A DNA stretch of 25,834 nucleotides from the IMG/VR virus record IMGVR_UViG_3300023283_000006, positions 1 to 25,834 of that record, one strand, 5' to 3'. How positions within the stretch are numbered: the first letter of the stretch is position 1; every line of letters begins with the position of its first letter. Shown piece by piece: positions 24,856-25,834 of the stretch. The notes under the pieces were generated by a model. It did not search any database, was not told where the DNA came from, and saw only the letters and a list, made by a program, of their open reading frames with translations. The stretch comes from a virus (taxonomy: Duplodnaviria > Caudoviricetes). The position numbers were made by a program, and so were the translations under genes.

Positions 24856-25081
24856 TGCGCTTGCTCTGTGTCTGCGCCATCACGCGATCGCGCTGCGCCC
24901 ACGGATCCTCGTCATACTCCGCCAGCCGCATCCGGATCAGGTCGGCCCGGTCGGCGGTGATCGAGCGCTCGCCGTTGAGCAACCGCCAGAGCATGGTGCG
25001 GTCGATGCGCAGAACGCGGGCCGAGTCTTTGGTGCGCAGGCCGCGCGCGTCGAGCAGGGATTGGAGGTCGCTGGGAGTCAT
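24848..25081 (-). CDS. Cro/XRE-like helix-turn-helix protein
   Basis: LDARGLRTKDSARVLRIDRTMLWRLLNGERSIT; ATGA coupling to the upstream ORF. Confidence 0.75.
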   Translation of the reverse strand: MTPSDLQSLLDARGLRTKDSARVLRIDRTMLWRLLNGERSITADRADLIRMRLAEYDEDPWAQRDRVMAQTQSKRSD

Positions 25082-25206
25082 TCTTCTTTTTCCGCCTTCT
25101 GGGCCAGTTCACGACACTCCGCTATCGTGTAACGCCGCCCGGTTGAGCCATCGCGCAACACTGTCGCATATCGGGATCGCCGACACTTTCCTCCAGCCGT
25201 CGCCAT
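25078..25206 (-). CDS. Hypothetical 42-aa protein (absent from ORF track)
   Basis: MATAGGKCRRSRYATVLRDGSTGRRYTIAECRELAQKAEKEE; starts 2 nt after the upstream stop, and its TGA overlaps the HTH start. Confidence 0.5.
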   Translation of the reverse strand: MATAGGKCRRSRYATVLRDGSTGRRYTIAECRELAQKAEKEE

Positions 25207-25208
25207 CA

Positions 25209-25427
25209 CTACCATTCACCGCGCTTGATCTGACGCTCGATCATTTCCTCGACCAGGTTGGACACTTCGAGCTCGACATCTTCCTCGGCCTCGGCGTGTT
25301 TTCCGGTAACCCGGCTGATGGTGTAGCCGCCAAATGGTGCGTTTTTATCCATCATGCGGCATGCGGCGCTGTAGATGGTGCGATGGCCGCGTTCATGTCC
25401 GCCTGCGATGTTGGTTGTGTAGATCAT
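25209..25427 (-). CDS. Hypothetical 72-aa protein
   Basis: ATG at 25427 with GGAGG SD, first gene after the promoter; acidic C-terminal helix. Confidence 0.65.
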   Translation of the reverse strand: MIYTTNIAGGHERGHRTIYSAACRMMDKNAPFGGYTISRVTGKHAEAEEDVELEVSNLVEEMIERQIKRGEW

Positions 25428-25465
25428 TTCCAGCCCTCCGGGTGCTTTCGTTGACTGCGGGGACC

Positions 25466-25493
25466 ATTCTACAGATGCAGTTGCCCGAGTCAA
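25466..25493 (-). promoter_or_regulatory. Sigma70-type promoter
   Basis: TTGACT (25493-25488), 16-bp spacer, TAGAAT (25471-25466), about 40 nt upstream of an SD-bearing ORF. Confidence 0.65.
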
Positions 25494-25511
25494 CCCCTGT
25501 CCAGCCCGATT

Positions 25512-25545
25512 TCTATTTACAAAATACTGATGTCGTGTAAATAGA
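25512..25545. repeat. 34-bp inverted repeat with 10-bp perfect arms
   Basis: TCTATTTACA-N14-TGTAAATAGA in AT-rich intergenic DNA. Confidence 0.85.
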
Positions 25546-25561
25546 GCGGCGGCCCTGAAAA

Positions 25562-25834
25562 CTACCGCACCTGCCGCCACGTCTCGTAGGTCGCCACCTT
25601 GTCGACGGTGCGCAGGTGGACGCCATAGTGCTCGGCCCAGCGCCAGCGCGGCCAGCCCTGGACGTTGGCGCGGATGGCGCGCACGGCGTCGGGTGTGAGG
25701 CGGGCCTGTGGTAGTGCATTGCCCCGCAGAGCCGTCTCTCGTGCTCTCTGCGCCCATTCTGCGCGTGACTGGTGGGTATACGAGGGGTGGGCGCGTTCGC
25801 GCCTGTGTGCGGCTGTGTGGCGGTTGGTGGGCAT
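25562..25834 (-). CDS. Small HTH DNA-binding protein resembling the C-terminal domain of phage HNH endonucleases
   Basis: RGNALPQARLTPDAVRAIR...WAEHYGVHLRTVDKVATYETWRQV; ATG lies at the window edge, so the true start may be further out. Confidence 0.65.
   Translation of the reverse strand: MPTNRHTAAHRRERAHPSYTHQSRAEWAQRARETALRGNALPQARLTPDAVRAIRANVQGWPRWRWAEHYGVHLRTVDKVATYETWRQVR

Noticed and set aside
1-25834. Stop-codon reassignment
   Set aside because: Core genes are full length and tile the strand under the standard bacterial code.

Overview
This window is the structural (late) arm of a tailed dsDNA phage or prophage of siphovirus type, with every credible gene on the minus strand. Reading right to left: a stand-alone HTH gene; a promoter-to-terminator block of small ORFs with a Cro/XRE-like HTH gene and an atypical PAPS-reductase/DndC-like gene; a ParB-N + DNA methyltransferase; small and large terminase; a portal fused to a MuF/SPP1-gp7-like domain; a multi-domain prohead protease; an HK97-fold capsid; four small post-capsid genes; neck genes; tail tube; tail chaperones with a probable -1 frameshift; tape measure; a GTA-type tail tip (DUF2460 Dit, DUF2163 hub, NlpC/P60, megatron/J, DUF2793 fibre); a putative lectin-like receptor-binding protein; and a lysis cassette that runs off the left edge. 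The most interesting signals are (1) a DndC/SspD-like PP-loop Fe-S enzyme with a beta-clamp-type motif (QMDLF), a candidate phage DNA-modification enzyme, (2) a prohead protease carrying extra domains including a C-terminal HTH, directly upstream of an internal capsid promoter, (3) a three-hairpin RNA element ahead of the packaging genes, (4) small domain insertions in several tail-tip proteins, and (5) an unannotated 21-aa membrane peptide in the lysis cassette. Family calls come from motif recognition by eye; no searches were run.
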